NCBI GenBank assembly: GCA_964386055.1 | Contig: CAYLQZ010000002.1 | Span: 5,672-69,671 of the forward strand | DNA: 64,000 nucleotides | From: an uncultured Candidatus Izemoplasmatales bacterium | GTDB lineage: Bacteria; Bacillota_I; Bacilli_A; Izemoplasmatales; Izemoplasmataceae | Reading direction: 5' to 3' | In this document: one piece after another, positions 39,041 to 49,382 of the stretch | Position numbering within the stretch: position 1 is the first letter of the stretch | Layout: each line of letters begins with the position of its first letter | Program-made: the position numbers and the translations under genes | The notes under the pieces: model-generated | The model's database searches: none | Seen by the model: the letters and a program-made list of their open reading frames with translations, nothing else | Told to the model about the DNA's origin: nothing

Positions 39041-40114
39041 TTATAATTTCAAATTCATTTGTTCTTGAATTGATTTTTTCTTTGGTGATTCATAAAGTTT
39101 CATCCAACTCGCGCTTCTCCCTGTCCCAAGCGGTCGAATTTTTTTCTCATCGCGCAAGCGTTTAAGGGTTCTATTAATAGTAGAATCACTGATCGTTGGA
39201 TGGTGCACTCTAATTTGTTCTTTAGTGAAAACTTCTTCTAATTTGTTAATGGTGTTTTCGATATAATCGCTTTTATTTAACTGTTGGTCATAAGTATAGT
39301 TCCTTAATATTTCACTAACATCTTGATACGATTCTATAAATATTTGGAGAAAGAAACGGTGAAGCTCGTGGGTATCAGCTAACCCTTCAGACCAGTTATG
39401 CGCCGCTTCTTGTCTTAATTTTTGATACTTATCATAGCGTTTATATAGCTTTTCAAAGAAACTGCTTAAGTGAAAGGCTTGAATCCCTTCATTTAAAAAT
39501 AGGATATAAAGCAATAAAATGCCAATCTCTTCATTAAACTCCGTAAAGGGTTTTAATAAAAAGAAATCAACGCCGAAGTTCAAAGCGACGAATGAAGGTT
39601 CATAAGTGTTTTCATTCATGGTTTGTTTATAGGTTTTAACCAACGATTCTAACGCTTCTCGCTTGGTTTTTTGACCACTTGAAAGTAAGTTTACTTTATC
39701 TTTTTTCTTTTTAGGCGCTTTAGCAAAATGGAGCTTTTCTTTAGGCGCTACATCTAAATAAACAAAGTGTAAAAGGTCTTGAATTTCACGACTGATTAAT
39801 TCAAACCCTTCTTTAGACTCATGGATTTTCCGTAACGCTTCTTTTACGTTTTTAAGCAATCGTTCATCTTTAGTTTTAGGGTGAACATCTTTAATTAAAA
39901 GCGCTTTAATTCTGGCTTCAGAAATTTTTAGTCCATAAATTTTCGATAGAAAGTAACTATCCCTTCTAATGGTATCTTTTCTTAACGTCTGATAATCATG
40001 TTCGACCGTTTTAAGCATCTCTCGGTTGCGCCCGATAAAGCGATATAAAGTTAGATAAAGCATGATTATATCATTGGGGATTCGATTTTTATGAATATTT
40101 TCTAAACAATACAT
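39041..40114 (-). CDS. Fic-fold protein with a degenerate active-site motif and a C-terminal wHTH
   Basis: Has the overall layout of ~360-aa Fic proteins. KPFTEFNEEIG replaces HxFx(D/E)GNGRxxR. C-terminal TINRTLKRLRDEKKIRPLGTGRSASWMKL wHTH. Confidence 0.45.
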   Translation of the reverse strand: MYCLENIHKNRIPNDIIMLYLTLYRFIGRNREMLKTVEHDYQTLRKDTIRRDSYFLSKIYGLKISEARIKALLIKDVHPKTKDERLLKNVKEALRKIHESKEGFELISREIQDLLHFVYLDVAPKEKLHFAKAPKKKKDKVNLLSSGQKTKREALESLVKTYKQTMNENTYEPSFVALNFGVDFFLLKPFTEFNEEIGILLLYILFLNEGIQAFHLSSFFEKLYKRYDKYQKLRQEAAHNWSEGLADTHELHRFFLQIFIESYQDVSEILRNYTYDQQLNKSDYIENTINKLEEVFTKEQIRVHHPTISDSTINRTLKRLRDEKKIRPLGTGRSASWMKLYESPKKKSIQEQMNLKL

Positions 40115-40134
40115 AGGCGCCCCCTCCTTATTTT

Positions 40135-42660
40135 TTAAACCGTGTCATCTTCAAATAAAGAAACTTGTTCTTTTTGAACCATTTCCGTTGCTTTATAGTC
40201 ACTTATGGGGGGAAGATCTTGGTCTTTTTCCATTGGTTCAATGGTAAGTTTAAACGGTCTCCCGTGGGCTGTACCTAAAATCTTTTTCCCTGTTTCTCCC
40301 ATATTCGTTTTAAACGCAAACGCAGTCGTTTGTAGGCTGGTTTTAGTAGTTAATACTGTAACGTTGGCGCGGTTTTTATACTGCGCATTATTGATTAAGC
40401 CTAAATCTTGGATTAAATAAGGATTCGATTTTGGTTGTTTGATAATCGATGTCCCTTTTAAGGTTCGCTTTTTCTTTTCAATCGATTCAATTTCAATCCG
40501 TTTTACGGTGCCTCTTGACGTTAAAGCTAAAAGACTCGTCTCATCTTTTAACATAATGGTTGCGGCTAAACGGTCTTTTTTCCCCAGCTGCATCGCTTTA
40601 ACGCCTTTAGCGGTAGGGGAGGCAACAGGGATTTCTTCAAGGTGGAAGCGTAAAGCACTCCCTTTTTCAGACACACTTAACACTTCACCATTAAGGGTAT
40701 TCACCGTTGATACATGCGTTAATACATCGCCTTTTTCTAAAGAAATCGCTTTAATGGTGCGGTTATAACGTTGCACTTCGAAGGCTTTTAAGGGGGTGAG
40801 TTTGATGTGATTTTTTTGAGTGGTAAATAAATAATATTTCGATTCATTAAACGAATTTACCGTATCGACGTGGATCACGTGTTCCCCGTCTTTAAGCGAG
40901 GCAAACTGTGATACGTGGGTCCCTAAATCTTTCCACTTAGTTGCCTGGATTTTAAAGATTGGGACATAAATATAATTGCCTTGATTGGTAAACATCACCA
41001 AACTATTTAAAGTCGATTGAACGCCTTCGTACATAAAGGCATCATTGTCTTTATGATCAGGCTGATCCGTCGCTTTATAACTGCGCAGTGAAGAAACACG
41101 TAAGTATCCATCTTTACTCACCCCAACTGCGACGTCTTCACTTTCAATAAGGTCTTCTTCAGCTACTACAATCCGTTCAATTTCTTCTTCAATTTGCGAC
41201 TGTCTTGGGGTTTTCGCTTTCTTTTGAACGACTCTTAATTCTTTTTTAATGACTTTTTCCAATTCGTTTTCATTTGAAAGAATCTCGTTTAAATGATCAA
41301 TCAAAGCTTCTAAAGAGGCTTTTTCACTTTTAAGTTCAGAAAGGTCTGTTTGCGACAATCTATGAAGTTGGAGCGTTAAAATCGCTTCAGCTTGTTCTTC
41401 GGTAAACACAAAGGTCTGTGTTAATTTTTCTTTTGCATCTTTTTTACTTTTAGATGCGCGAATCAAGTCGATAACTTCATCTAAAATATCAACCATATAT
41501 ATAATTCCTTCAACGATATGAAGGCGTTTTTTCGCTTTACGCAGGTCATAATTAGAGCGGTTCGTAATCACTTCTTTTTGGTGATATATATACGCATCAA
41601 TAATTTTTAATAAATTCATTGTTTCGGGGCGTTTGTTGTTGATGGCGACCATATTGTAATTAAATGATTTTGTAAGATCAGTCTTTTTATGTATAAACGC
41701 TAAAATCGCTTCTGGGTCAAAACTATTTTTAACCTCAACAACAACTCTTAATCCTTCTGAAGATGATTCATCGCGTACTTCTTTGATGCCATCGACTTTT
41801 TTCTTAAGGCGGATTTCATCGATGGTTCTTACCAATGTGGCTTTATTGACTTCGTAAGGAATTTCGGTAATGATGATGTCTTGATTTTCGATGGCGACTT
41901 TACTTTTAATAATAATGCGGCCTCTTCCAGTTTCAAAGGCGCTTCTAATGCCGTCTTTTCCTTGGACAATGGCACCGGTAGGAAAATCTGGTCCTTTTAT
42001 AACTTTTAGTAAATCCTCCACCGTTGAAAGCGGGTCATCAATGCGTTTGATAATCCCTTTAATGACTTCATTTAAGTTATGAGGCGGAATTTCTGTGGCG
42101 TAGCCCGCTGAAATTCCCGTTGCACCGTTGGCTAAAAGATTAGGAAACCGTGCTGGTAAAACGATCGGTTCATATTCTTCATCGTCAAAGTTTGGAATAT
42201 AGTCAACCGTTCGTTTATCGATATCTTGAAGTAAAAATTCACTAACCTTCGACATCCGGGCTTCGGTATACCGCATGGCGGCTGCACTGTCCCCATCGAT
42301 TGAGCCATTATTTCCATGCATATCGATTAAAGGTTCACGCATTTTAAAGGTTTGTGATAATCGCACAATTGCTTCATAAACACTACTATCGCCATGGGGG
42401 TGATACTTCCCGATAACATCCCCAACAATCCGCGCAGATTTTTTATAAGGCTTATCTTGCGTCAACCCAAGGCGATGCATCGCATACAAAATACGGCGTT
42501 GAACAGGCTTTAATCCATCGCGCACATCGGGCAAGGCACGGTCTTGAATGATATATTTAGAATATCTACCAAACCGTTCGCCTACAATCTCATTTAAGGT
42601 TTCATTGAGTATTTTTCCTTCTACGAACTCTTCAATAATTTTTGTGAGTTTTTCAGCCAT
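40135..42660 (-). CDS. parC: DNA topoisomerase IV subunit A
   Basis: [33 protein letters not shown] (Gram-positive ParC/GrlA type) with an active-site AAMRYTE. Confidence 0.9.
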   Translation of the reverse strand: MAEKLTKIIEEFVEGKILNETLNEIVGERFGRYSKYIIQDRALPDVRDGLKPVQRRILYAMHRLGLTQDKPYKKSARIVGDVIGKYHPHGDSSVYEAIVRLSQTFKMREPLIDMHGNNGSIDGDSAAAMRYTEARMSKVSEFLLQDIDKRTVDYIPNFDDEEYEPIVLPARFPNLLANGATGISAGYATEIPPHNLNEVIKGIIKRIDDPLSTVEDLLKVIKGPDFPTGAIVQGKDGIRSAFETGRGRIIIKSKVAIENQDIIITEIPYEVNKATLVRTIDEIRLKKKVDGIKEVRDESSSEGLRVVVEVKNSFDPEAILAFIHKKTDLTKSFNYNMVAINNKRPETMNLLKIIDAYIYHQKEVITNRSNYDLRKAKKRLHIVEGIIYMVDILDEVIDLIRASKSKKDAKEKLTQTFVFTEEQAEAILTLQLHRLSQTDLSELKSEKASLEALIDHLNEILSNENELEKVIKKELRVVQKKAKTPRQSQIEEEIERIVVAEEDLIESEDVAVGVSKDGYLRVSSLRSYKATDQPDHKDNDAFMYEGVQSTLNSLVMFTNQGNYIYVPIFKIQATKWKDLGTHVSQFASLKDGEHVIHVDTVNSFNESKYYLFTTQKNHIKLTPLKAFEVQRYNRTIKAISLEKGDVLTHVSTVNTLNGEVLSVSEKGSALRFHLEEIPVASPTAKGVKAMQLGKKDRLAATIMLKDETSLLALTSRGTVKRIEIESIEKKKRTLKGTSIIKQPKSNPYLIQDLGLINNAQYKNRANVTVLTTKTSLQTTAFAFKTNMGETGKKILGTAHGRPFKLTIEPMEKDQDLPPISDYKATEMVQKEQVSLFEDDTV

Positions 42661-42664
42661 GGGG

Positions 42665-44593
42665 TTACTCCTTTATCTCAAAGTTGTCTTCGTTGGTAAA
42701 AATAACGTTATTTTCGATCCAATCACGTCGTGGTTCGACTTTATCACCCATTAAGATGCGGATATGTTTTTCCGTATCCGCTAAATCGTCAATCACAACT
42801 TTTATTAACGTTCTTGATTCAGGGTTCATAGTCGTTTCATAGAGTTGCGCTGCGTTCATCTCACCCAACCCTTTGTAACGTTGAATATGTACGTTCTTTT
42901 TAACGTTTAATATCCGCTGAAGTTCGTCATCACTCCAGGCATAAACTGATTCGTTTTTACGGCCTAATTTAAACGAGACTTTATATAATGGGGGTAAAGC
43001 AATATAGACTTTTCCAGCCTCAATCAGTTTGCGCATATACCGGAAAAAGAAGGTTAATAAAAGCACTTGAATATGGGCCCCATCTGTATCGGCATCGGTC
43101 ATAATAATAATACGGTTATAATTGCACGCTTCTAAATCAAAATCAGAAGATAGACCTGCGCCTATCGTATGAATGATGGTATTGATTTCTTCATTTTTTA
43201 ACACATCTTCAATTTTCGCTTTTTCGGTATTGATCACTTTTCCGCGTAACGGTAAAATTGCTTGGAAACGACGGTTTCTCCCTTGTTTAGCGGAGCCACC
43301 TGCAGAATCCCCTTCTACTAAATAAAGTTCCGTTTTGGTTTTATCCTTTGATTGCGCTGGCGCCAGTTTTCCTGATAAAATCGGTTCTTTTTTCTTTTGT
43401 TTTTTCTCTAAACGCGCTTCTTCTCTCGCTTTTCTTGCGGCTTCTCGGACCGTTTGGGCTTGCAGCGCACGATCGATTAAAAGATGGGCCAATTTAGGAT
43501 TCTCATTAAAAAAATACGTCATTTGTTCACTGACAGTCTGTTCAACAGCGCTTCGCGCTTCGGCCGTTCCTAATTTCCCTTTAGTTTGCCCTTCAAACTG
43601 CAACAAATGTTCAGGAACCCGTATGGAAACAATACTCGAAAGCCCTTCACGGATATCTGCGCCTTCTAATTTTCCATTTTTTTCTTTTAAAATGCCGGTC
43701 CGAAATGCATAATCATTAAATATCTTTGTAAACCCAGCTTTAAATCCAGTTTCGTGGGTTCCCCCATCTTTCGTTCGGACATTGTTAACGAAGGATAAGA
43801 CTTGATCGGTATAGGATTTGGTAAATTGAAAGGCCACCTCTACACTAATATCATCAACCATACTTTCAAAAAAGACCGGTTCATGAATCGACTTTTTACT
43901 GTCGTTAAGAAATTTGATGTAAGAAAGGATCCCTTCGTTATATTGATAGGTTTCTTTTTGTTTACTGCGCTCATCGATTAACGTCATTTTTAAGCCTTTG
44001 ATTAAAAAGGCACTTTCACGCAACCGCTCTGAGATGGTCTGAAAATTAAAGACAGTCGTTGAAAACATATGGGCATTAGGTTTAAAATGCACTTTCGTCC
44101 CACTTTTGCGTCGCTTTCCGACCTCTTGTATTTTAGAGACTTTAGCGCCGCCATCTTTAAAGGTCATATTATATTGGATGCCACTACGCGTAATGGTCAC
44201 ATCTAAAAATTCGCTGAGTGCATTCACAACACTTGCGCCTACTCCGTGTAGTCCACCAGAGACTTTGTAGCCGCCTTCGTTGCCGAATTTTCCACCAGCG
44301 TGTAATTTCGTATAAATAAGTTCAACAGTGTTCTTACCGCTTTTATGATCCTCTATAGGGACCCCGCGGCCAAAGTCTTCAACGATAATTGAATTATCTT
44401 CTTTAATCGTCACAATAATTTCCTCGCCATGACCAGCCAACGCTTCATCGGTGGCGTTATCGACAATTTCCCACACTAAATGATGAAGGCCTCTACTGTC
44501 GGTTGACCCGATATACATACCGGGACGTTTTCTGACTGCGTCGAGTTCTTCTAAAACTTGAATCGATTCTGCTGTGTATGCTTTTTCTGCCAT
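42665..44593 (-). CDS. parE: DNA topoisomerase IV subunit B
   Basis: GHKL ATPase, Toprim EGDSAGG, PLRGKV. ATG at 44593 (MAEKAYT) preferred over the track start. Confidence 0.9.
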   Translation of the reverse strand: MAEKAYTAESIQVLEELDAVRKRPGMYIGSTDSRGLHHLVWEIVDNATDEALAGHGEEIIVTIKEDNSIIVEDFGRGVPIEDHKSGKNTVELIYTKLHAGGKFGNEGGYKVSGGLHGVGASVVNALSEFLDVTITRSGIQYNMTFKDGGAKVSKIQEVGKRRKSGTKVHFKPNAHMFSTTVFNFQTISERLRESAFLIKGLKMTLIDERSKQKETYQYNEGILSYIKFLNDSKKSIHEPVFFESMVDDISVEVAFQFTKSYTDQVLSFVNNVRTKDGGTHETGFKAGFTKIFNDYAFRTGILKEKNGKLEGADIREGLSSIVSIRVPEHLLQFEGQTKGKLGTAEARSAVEQTVSEQMTYFFNENPKLAHLLIDRALQAQTVREAARKAREEARLEKKQKKKEPILSGKLAPAQSKDKTKTELYLVEGDSAGGSAKQGRNRRFQAILPLRGKVINTEKAKIEDVLKNEEINTIIHTIGAGLSSDFDLEACNYNRIIIMTDADTDGAHIQVLLLTFFFRYMRKLIEAGKVYIALPPLYKVSFKLGRKNESVYAWSDDELQRILNVKKNVHIQRYKGLGEMNAAQLYETTMNPESRTLIKVVIDDLADTEKHIRILMGDKVEPRRDWIENNVIFTNEDNFEIKE

Positions 44594-44717
44594 AGAAACA
44601 CGTCCTTTAGGTTTGCTCACCAATATATTATACCAAAAACCCCACTTCATTTATAGTGTCTTTTTACTTTTAGTTATGGTATAATCAAAAAATAGACAAC
44701 AGTTAGGGTGATTTTAA

Positions 44718-45422
44718 ATGAATGATACAATAGCATTGCTTATACCATATATCATGATGTTGGTATCTTATTTAATAGGATCAATTCCAATGGGACTTTG
44801 GATGGGAAAAATCACCAAAGGCGTTGACATTCGTGATTATGGATCAGGCAATTTAGGAACCACCAACGCGATGCGCGTTATGGGAAAAAAACTTGGGATG
44901 ATCGTCTTCTTATTAGATGTTTTAAAAGGTGGATTCGTCATTTTCCTTATCCGCTTAGGCCTTTTTGACGCGTTTGATATGCTTCATCCGTTACTGTATG
45001 GGTTGTTAGCTTCTGTTGGGCATATATTTTCTATTTTCGTTAAATTTAAAGGAGGAAAAGCCGTCGCAACTAGCGCCGGGATCTTCTTATTTTACGCGCC
45101 CGTCTTAGGCCTGTTAGGATTACTGGGATATGTTGCAGGCGTTAAATTCACGCGCTATATAAGCGTTGGGTCAACTGCTGGTGCAATCGTGGTCTTTATC
45201 GCCGTTATCATTGTCTATTTCTTTGGTCCTAGTGAAGGGTCTTCCTATGAATGGATGTTTGGCATGCGCCGTGATTGGTTCTTACCTGCGGTGACAGTGG
45301 TTGGGATTTCATTAATATTTTACCGCCACATAGGAAACTTTAAGCGAATCTTAAATAAAACAGAACCTAAAAGTAATTTTTTACAAAAACATAAAATTGA
45401 GCAAACAATTAAGAAGCGGTAA
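44718..45422 (+). CDS. plsY: glycerol-3-phosphate acyltransferase PlsY
   Basis: YLIGSIP, GSGNLGTTN and KGGKAVATS motifs. Divergent from parE, as in Bacillus. Confidence 0.9.
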   Translation: MNDTIALLIPYIMMLVSYLIGSIPMGLWMGKITKGVDIRDYGSGNLGTTNAMRVMGKKLGMIVFLLDVLKGGFVIFLIRLGLFDAFDMLHPLLYGLLASVGHIFSIFVKFKGGKAVATSAGIFLFYAPVLGLLGLLGYVAGVKFTRYISVGSTAGAIVVFIAVIIVYFFGPSEGSSYEWMFGMRRDWFLPAVTVVGISLIFYRHIGNFKRILNKTEPKSNFLQKHKIEQTIKKR

Positions 45423-45433
45423 TAAATATAAAA

Positions 45434-45478
45434 ATAAAGTGGGACACAATCACTCAATGGTTGTGTCCCACTTTTTTA
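45434..45478. terminator. bidirectional terminator
   Basis: AAAGTGGGACACAA / TTGTGTCCCACTTT hairpin plus T-run. Confidence 0.85.
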
Positions 45479-46192
45479 ACGAACTTTACTCATAAACGAT
45501 TGAAATACTTCACTCGTTGGCGCATCTAAAATAGCTGGGTCTCCGTGTTCTACGATATTGCCATCATGCATGAAAATCACATAATCAGCAAAATCTCTCA
45601 CAAAGCTTAAGACATGCGTTACAAACACAAAATCTTTCCCACTATCTCGTAAATCTTCAACTGCGGTTAAAACATCATCGGTTAAAATTGGGTCTAGTGA
45701 CGATGTAGGTTCATCTAAGAAGATGACATCTGGGTCCATACTTAATGCTCGTGCGATAGAGGCGCGTTGCGCTTGACCGCCTGAAACATTTTTAGGGAGT
45801 TTGTGCACTTGATCGCCTAACCCTAATTTAGTTAAATTTTCTGTAGCAGTTTCTATCGCTTTTGTTTTTTCAACGCCACGGGTTTTTTCTAAAATCAATG
45901 AAATGTTGCGCTCCAGCGTTAAATGAGGAAATAAATTATGCGACTGAAACACAAATCCAACATGTTTTTTATAGTCGGGATTGGTCACTTTTAAGTCATT
46001 GACTGAAACATCCCCTAATGTTGGTTGTTCTAGTCCTGACATAATTCTAAGTAAAGTTGATTTCCCACTACCACTTTGTCCTAATAACGCGATAGACCGC
46101 TTTCCATCTAAAGCGAAATTTAATTCGTGCAATACCTCGACATCATAGGTATGCGATAAATTATTGATATTGAGTTTCATTGTAGTGACCAT
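45476..46192 (-). CDS. amino-acid ABC transporter ATP-binding protein
   Basis: Walker A GQSGSGKST, signature VSGGQAQR, Walker B IFLDEP. The start may be the ATG at 46180. Confidence 0.9.
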   Translation of the reverse strand: MVTTMKLNINNLSHTYDVEVLHELNFALDGKRSIALLGQSGSGKSTLLRIMSGLEQPTLGDVSVNDLKVTNPDYKKHVGFVFQSHNLFPHLTLERNISLILEKTRGVEKTKAIETATENLTKLGLGDQVHKLPKNVSGGQAQRASIARALSMDPDVIFLDEPTSSLDPILTDDVLTAVEDLRDSGKDFVFVTHVLSFVRDFADYVIFMHDGNIVEHGDPAILDAPTSEVFQSFMSKVR

Positions 46193-46947
46193 CTCCTTTC
46201 AAAGTAGCGTGTAAACTGCGAGAGTGGAATCGTAATGATGATGTATAAAATCCACATGAATAAAAGCCCTACTGACGTTTGAAAGGTTTCACTTTGAAAG
46301 AGTCGGTATGAATAGAAAAGTTCTCTATACGATAATACATTAAGAAGCGCACTTCCTTTAATAATCAATGAAAAGTTATTCATTAAAGGCGGCATTAATA
46401 TTCGTATTACCTGAGGAATGATTATATACACGTATTTTTGGATCGCATTAAAGCGAAACAACTCCATTGCCATATATTGTTCTTCCGTGATTGAAGAAAA
46501 AGCCGATTTAAAGATATTCGACATATAAGGTGTAATGTAGATAATGATCGCAGTAACCCCCATTACAGGACGATTCATTATATTAAAAGACGGTCCAATT
46601 AAGAACGCCATGACCATAATCATGACCAATAAAGGCGTTCCATAAATAATCTCAGTAAATACATCGACAAATGCCCGAAAAAATTGAATCTTGGATTTCC
46701 CCATTAAAAAGAGTAAAAACCCAGTTATCATCGAGCCAACAAGGGCAATGAAACTCACAATAATGGTATTAATAAACCCTTCTCTAAAAAGGGACGTATA
46801 TTCATAAAGTCGAGTAAAATCTAACGGCGTTATTTGTCTACTGATAACCCACAAAATAAACCCTACAAATAAAAAGATTGAGAGTACATAAGATAATAAA
46901 TTTTTAAAACGACTAGCCATTTTTTTGTTTTGAAGCGACGTTGCCAT
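46177..46947 (-). CDS. amino-acid ABC transporter permease (HisMQ family)
   Basis: 256-aa polytopic ORF sitting between the binding-protein and ATPase genes. Confidence 0.8.
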   Translation of the reverse strand: MATSLQNKKMASRFKNLLSYVLSIFLFVGFILWVISRQITPLDFTRLYEYTSLFREGFINTIIVSFIALVGSMITGFLLFLMGKSKIQFFRAFVDVFTEIIYGTPLLVMIMVMAFLIGPSFNIMNRPVMGVTAIIIYITPYMSNIFKSAFSSITEEQYMAMELFRFNAIQKYVYIIIPQVIRILMPPLMNNFSLIIKGSALLNVLSYRELFYSYRLFQSETFQTSVGLLFMWILYIIITIPLSQFTRYFERRWSLQ

Positions 46948-46949
46948 GA

Positions 46950-48032
46950 TTAATCCTCATATATGAAGAAATCAAGATCGTATCTACCTAAACGTTCGTT
47001 TATATCATCGTTCCACGTTTCACGAAGTCTATCGTATACGCCATCTTCTTCATCCATTTGAGCGATAAAGGCATTCGCTTCTTCTAATAATTCACTTTCA
47101 CCTTGTCTTACTGCCATCCCAATCGGCGATACAACAAATGGATCATAGACAACCATCGTCGTATCTGGATTCGCTTGTTGATTATTTGATACTGGGAACG
47201 CACTCATCATTAAGATATCTCGCACCCCTTGTGTAATATCAAAAATTGCTGAGGGTAGATCAGTCGATTCTACAACATCCAACCCTTTATCTCTTGGAAT
47301 TTGATACGATACTTGATCGGCTAAGCCAACATATTTCGCATCTTCAATTGCTAAAATGTCTTCTGTTGAACTCTCTTCGTGTAAGTCGTGTTCATCCGCA
47401 AAATCTTGATTCAACAAACTAATAATTTTAAAATAAAAATATGGATCTGAAAAATCAACCGATTCGGCTCGACCTTCAGTAATCGACATAGACGCGATAA
47501 TAATATCAATATCTCCAATATTTAAAGCTGGGATAAGAGATCCAAAGTTTGTATCAACTATTTCAACTTCTCGACCTAAGAATTCACCGAATTCATTAGC
47601 TACATCAACACTGATGCCTTCTGCTTCACCGTCTGTTTGTGTCTCAAACGGTGGATAAGATAAATCCATTCCGACCCGTAAAACATCTTCTAACAAAATG
47701 CCAATGCGTGGGACTCGTTCAAGCATTTCACGACCATGTCTTTCGTTATTGTCCATTGCTTCTGTTAAGTCTTGTCCTGCCGTTACACTTCCTTGATGAG
47801 ATCCTTCCATCCATTGCGTTGAATCGGTTACGTCATAGACATATCCATCCACTGCAATATAAGCATCGTTATCATCTTCTCCATCATATTGTGATAATTC
47901 TTCTAAGGTAAATTCACGTAGTTCTTCACCAGGTTCATCATCATTTGGGTCATCCTCTTCGTTTTCAAGCCCACAGGCACCTAATCCAAATATAAAAATT
48001 CCACTTAACATTAATGCAAATAATTTTTTCAT
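46950..48032 (-). CDS. lipoprotein: cytochrome b5-like (MAPR-type) domain fused to an amino-acid ABC substrate-binding domain
   Basis: Lipobox FGLGAC, acidic linker, FTLEELSQYDG...AVDGYVYDVTDSTQWMEGSHQG..AGQDLT b5-like segment, then an SBP_bac_3-like body. Confidence 0.7.
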   Translation of the reverse strand: MKKLFALMLSGIFIFGLGACGLENEEDDPNDDEPGEELREFTLEELSQYDGEDDNDAYIAVDGYVYDVTDSTQWMEGSHQGSVTAGQDLTEAMDNNERHGREMLERVPRIGILLEDVLRVGMDLSYPPFETQTDGEAEGISVDVANEFGEFLGREVEIVDTNFGSLIPALNIGDIDIIIASMSITEGRAESVDFSDPYFYFKIISLLNQDFADEHDLHEESSTEDILAIEDAKYVGLADQVSYQIPRDKGLDVVESTDLPSAIFDITQGVRDILMMSAFPVSNNQQANPDTTMVVYDPFVVSPIGMAVRQGESELLEEANAFIAQMDEEDGVYDRLRETWNDDINERLGRYDLDFFIYED

Positions 48033-48073
48033 TAAATTCTCTCCTTTAATTTAATAATTGTTTCGTATGCCTT

Positions 48074-48102
48074 ATTATAATGATAAATTGTCATATACTC
48101 AA
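48074..48102 (-). promoter_or_regulatory. sigma-A promoter of the ABC transporter operon
   Basis: TTGAGT, 17-nt spacer, TATAAT on the minus strand. Confidence 0.6.
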
Positions 48103-48127
48103 TTTATATACTCTTTTAATTTTCCAC

Positions 48128-48160
48128 AAAAAAAAACTACACCGAGATGTAGTTTATTTT
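48128..48160 (-). terminator. terminator overlapping the yneF stop codon
   Basis: AAACTACA / TGTAGTTT hairpin followed by T9 on the minus strand. Confidence 0.75.
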
Positions 48161-48369
48161 TGTTGGTTCATAGAATTAAGCACTTGTCTTACTTGTTTTT
48201 CAGATGGTTTGCGGCCCATTTGAGTCATCATAGCGCGCACCATTTGTTCATTAATTGGGGGATTTTTTTCTAAATAACGCTTGAAATATTTTTGTGAGAT
48301 AAAAAATCCTAATACGGCCCCTAAAAGTAATGCTACAATAATTAGTACAATTGCTAGCCAAAGTTGCAT
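48154..48369 (-). CDS. yneF: UPF0154 small membrane protein YneF
   Basis: One N-terminal TM helix plus a conserved NPPINEQMVRAMMTQMGRKPSEKQV tail. Confidence 0.85.
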   Translation of the reverse strand: MQLWLAIVLIIVALLLGAVLGFFISQKYFKRYLEKNPPINEQMVRAMMTQMGRKPSEKQVRQVLNSMNQQK

Positions 48370-48503
48370 TGAATCACTCCTTTAATTTCATGGTCTATTA
48401 TAGTCGAGAACCCCAAAAAACACAACCGTTAAACGTATAATTATCCTGATAGGGTGTAGCGATTATCATTAATTAAAAAAATCATAAATTTATGTAATAC
48501 AGG

Positions 48504-48532
48504 TTGAAAAGCACAGGAATATCATATACAAT
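48504..48532 (+). promoter_or_regulatory. sigma-A promoter of ferredoxin gene 1
   Basis: TTGAAA, 17-nt spacer, TACAAT. Confidence 0.6.
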
Positions 48533-48568
48533 GAAATCGTGTTAAAAAATAAATGAGGAGGCTCATAA

Positions 48569-48736
48569 ATGGCTAGAAGAATTAACGAGGATTGTATTGC
48601 ATGCGGTGCATGCCAAGCAGAATGTCCAGTAGATTGTATTTCAGAGGGCGATATTTACGTTATTGATGAGGATGCATGCATTGATTGTGGCGCGTGTGAA
48701 GAAGTATGCCCAGTCGACGCAATTTTTGAAGTATAA
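48569..48736 (+). CDS. fdx: clostridial-type 2x[4Fe-4S] ferredoxin (55 aa; absent from the ORF track)
   Basis: Hand translation gives MARRINEDCIACGACQAECPVDCISEGDIYVIDEDACIDCGACEEVCPVDAIFEV, with two complete CxxCxxCxxxCP motifs. GAGGAGG RBS. Confidence 0.85.
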   Translation: MARRINEDCIACGACQAECPVDCISEGDIYVIDEDACIDCGACEEVCPVDAIFEV

Positions 48737-48788
48737 ATTTGTATTTTAAAAGCCTGTTGGCTTTGGATGATTCATAAAGTATACACTT

Positions 48789-48823
48789 AACGCAAGGCCA
48801 AATTAGTCTTGCGTTTTTATTTT
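48789..48823 (+). terminator. rho-independent terminator after ferredoxin 1
   Basis: AACGCAAG / CTTGCGTT stem plus T-run. Confidence 0.75.
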
Positions 48824-49154
48824 ATTCTATACATTTAAAGATGAAACTAATGAGGATCAATCATGAGGATAAGGGGCTAACGTTGCCTCCTTATGAAAGC
48901 TTGCTACCCTATATTATTAAGCCTAAGCATCCCAATGGTTTCTTTTTAGATACGATAAAATGCCAAATATATATATGATTTTTTTTATCCAATTAATAGA
49001 TATTTGGGTAGCCTTTTTCCTACAAATTGCTTAAAACCGCTTTGTTATGCACACTATAAAAATTTTAAATAAGCTAGTTTTCCTTTAAAAGAGGTTTACT
49101 TATGCCTAAATATCATATAAAATAAAGGTAAATCAAGGGTAAGGAGGAATGACG

Positions 49155-49325
49155 ATGCCAAGAAGAATTAATGATGAATGTATTGCAAGTGGATCATGTG
49201 TACCTGAATGTCCAGTTGATTGTATTAGTGAGGGCGAAGAGATTTATGTCATCGATGAAGATGTCTGCATTGACTGTGGAGCGTGTGAAGTTGTTTGTCC
49301 TGTTGATGCTATTATAGAAGTTTAA
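49155..49325 (+). CDS. ferredoxin paralogue with a CxxSxxCxxxCP first motif (56 aa; absent from the ORF track)
   Basis: Hand translation gives MPRRINDECIASGSCVPECPVDCISEGEEIYVIDEDVCIDCGACEVVCPVDAIIEV. AAGGAGG RBS 7 nt upstream. Confidence 0.8.
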   Translation: MPRRINDECIASGSCVPECPVDCISEGEEIYVIDEDVCIDCGACEVVCPVDAIIEV

Positions 49326-49348
49326 TATTTAAATACTTACATAAATAA

Positions 49349-49381
49349 GGCGCCACATTTAATAAATGTGACGTCTTTTTT
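49349..49381. terminator. bidirectional terminator between ferredoxin 2 and the nif3-like gene
   Basis: GGCGCCACATTT / AAATGTGACGTC imperfect hairpin plus T6. Confidence 0.65.
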
Positions 49382-49382
49382 C

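Noticed and set aside
48841-48978. 45-codon ORF (MKLMRINHEDKG...) in the spacer between the two ferredoxin genes.
   Set aside because: There is no Shine-Dalgarno sequence upstream, no recognisable motif, and an AT-rich random-looking composition.
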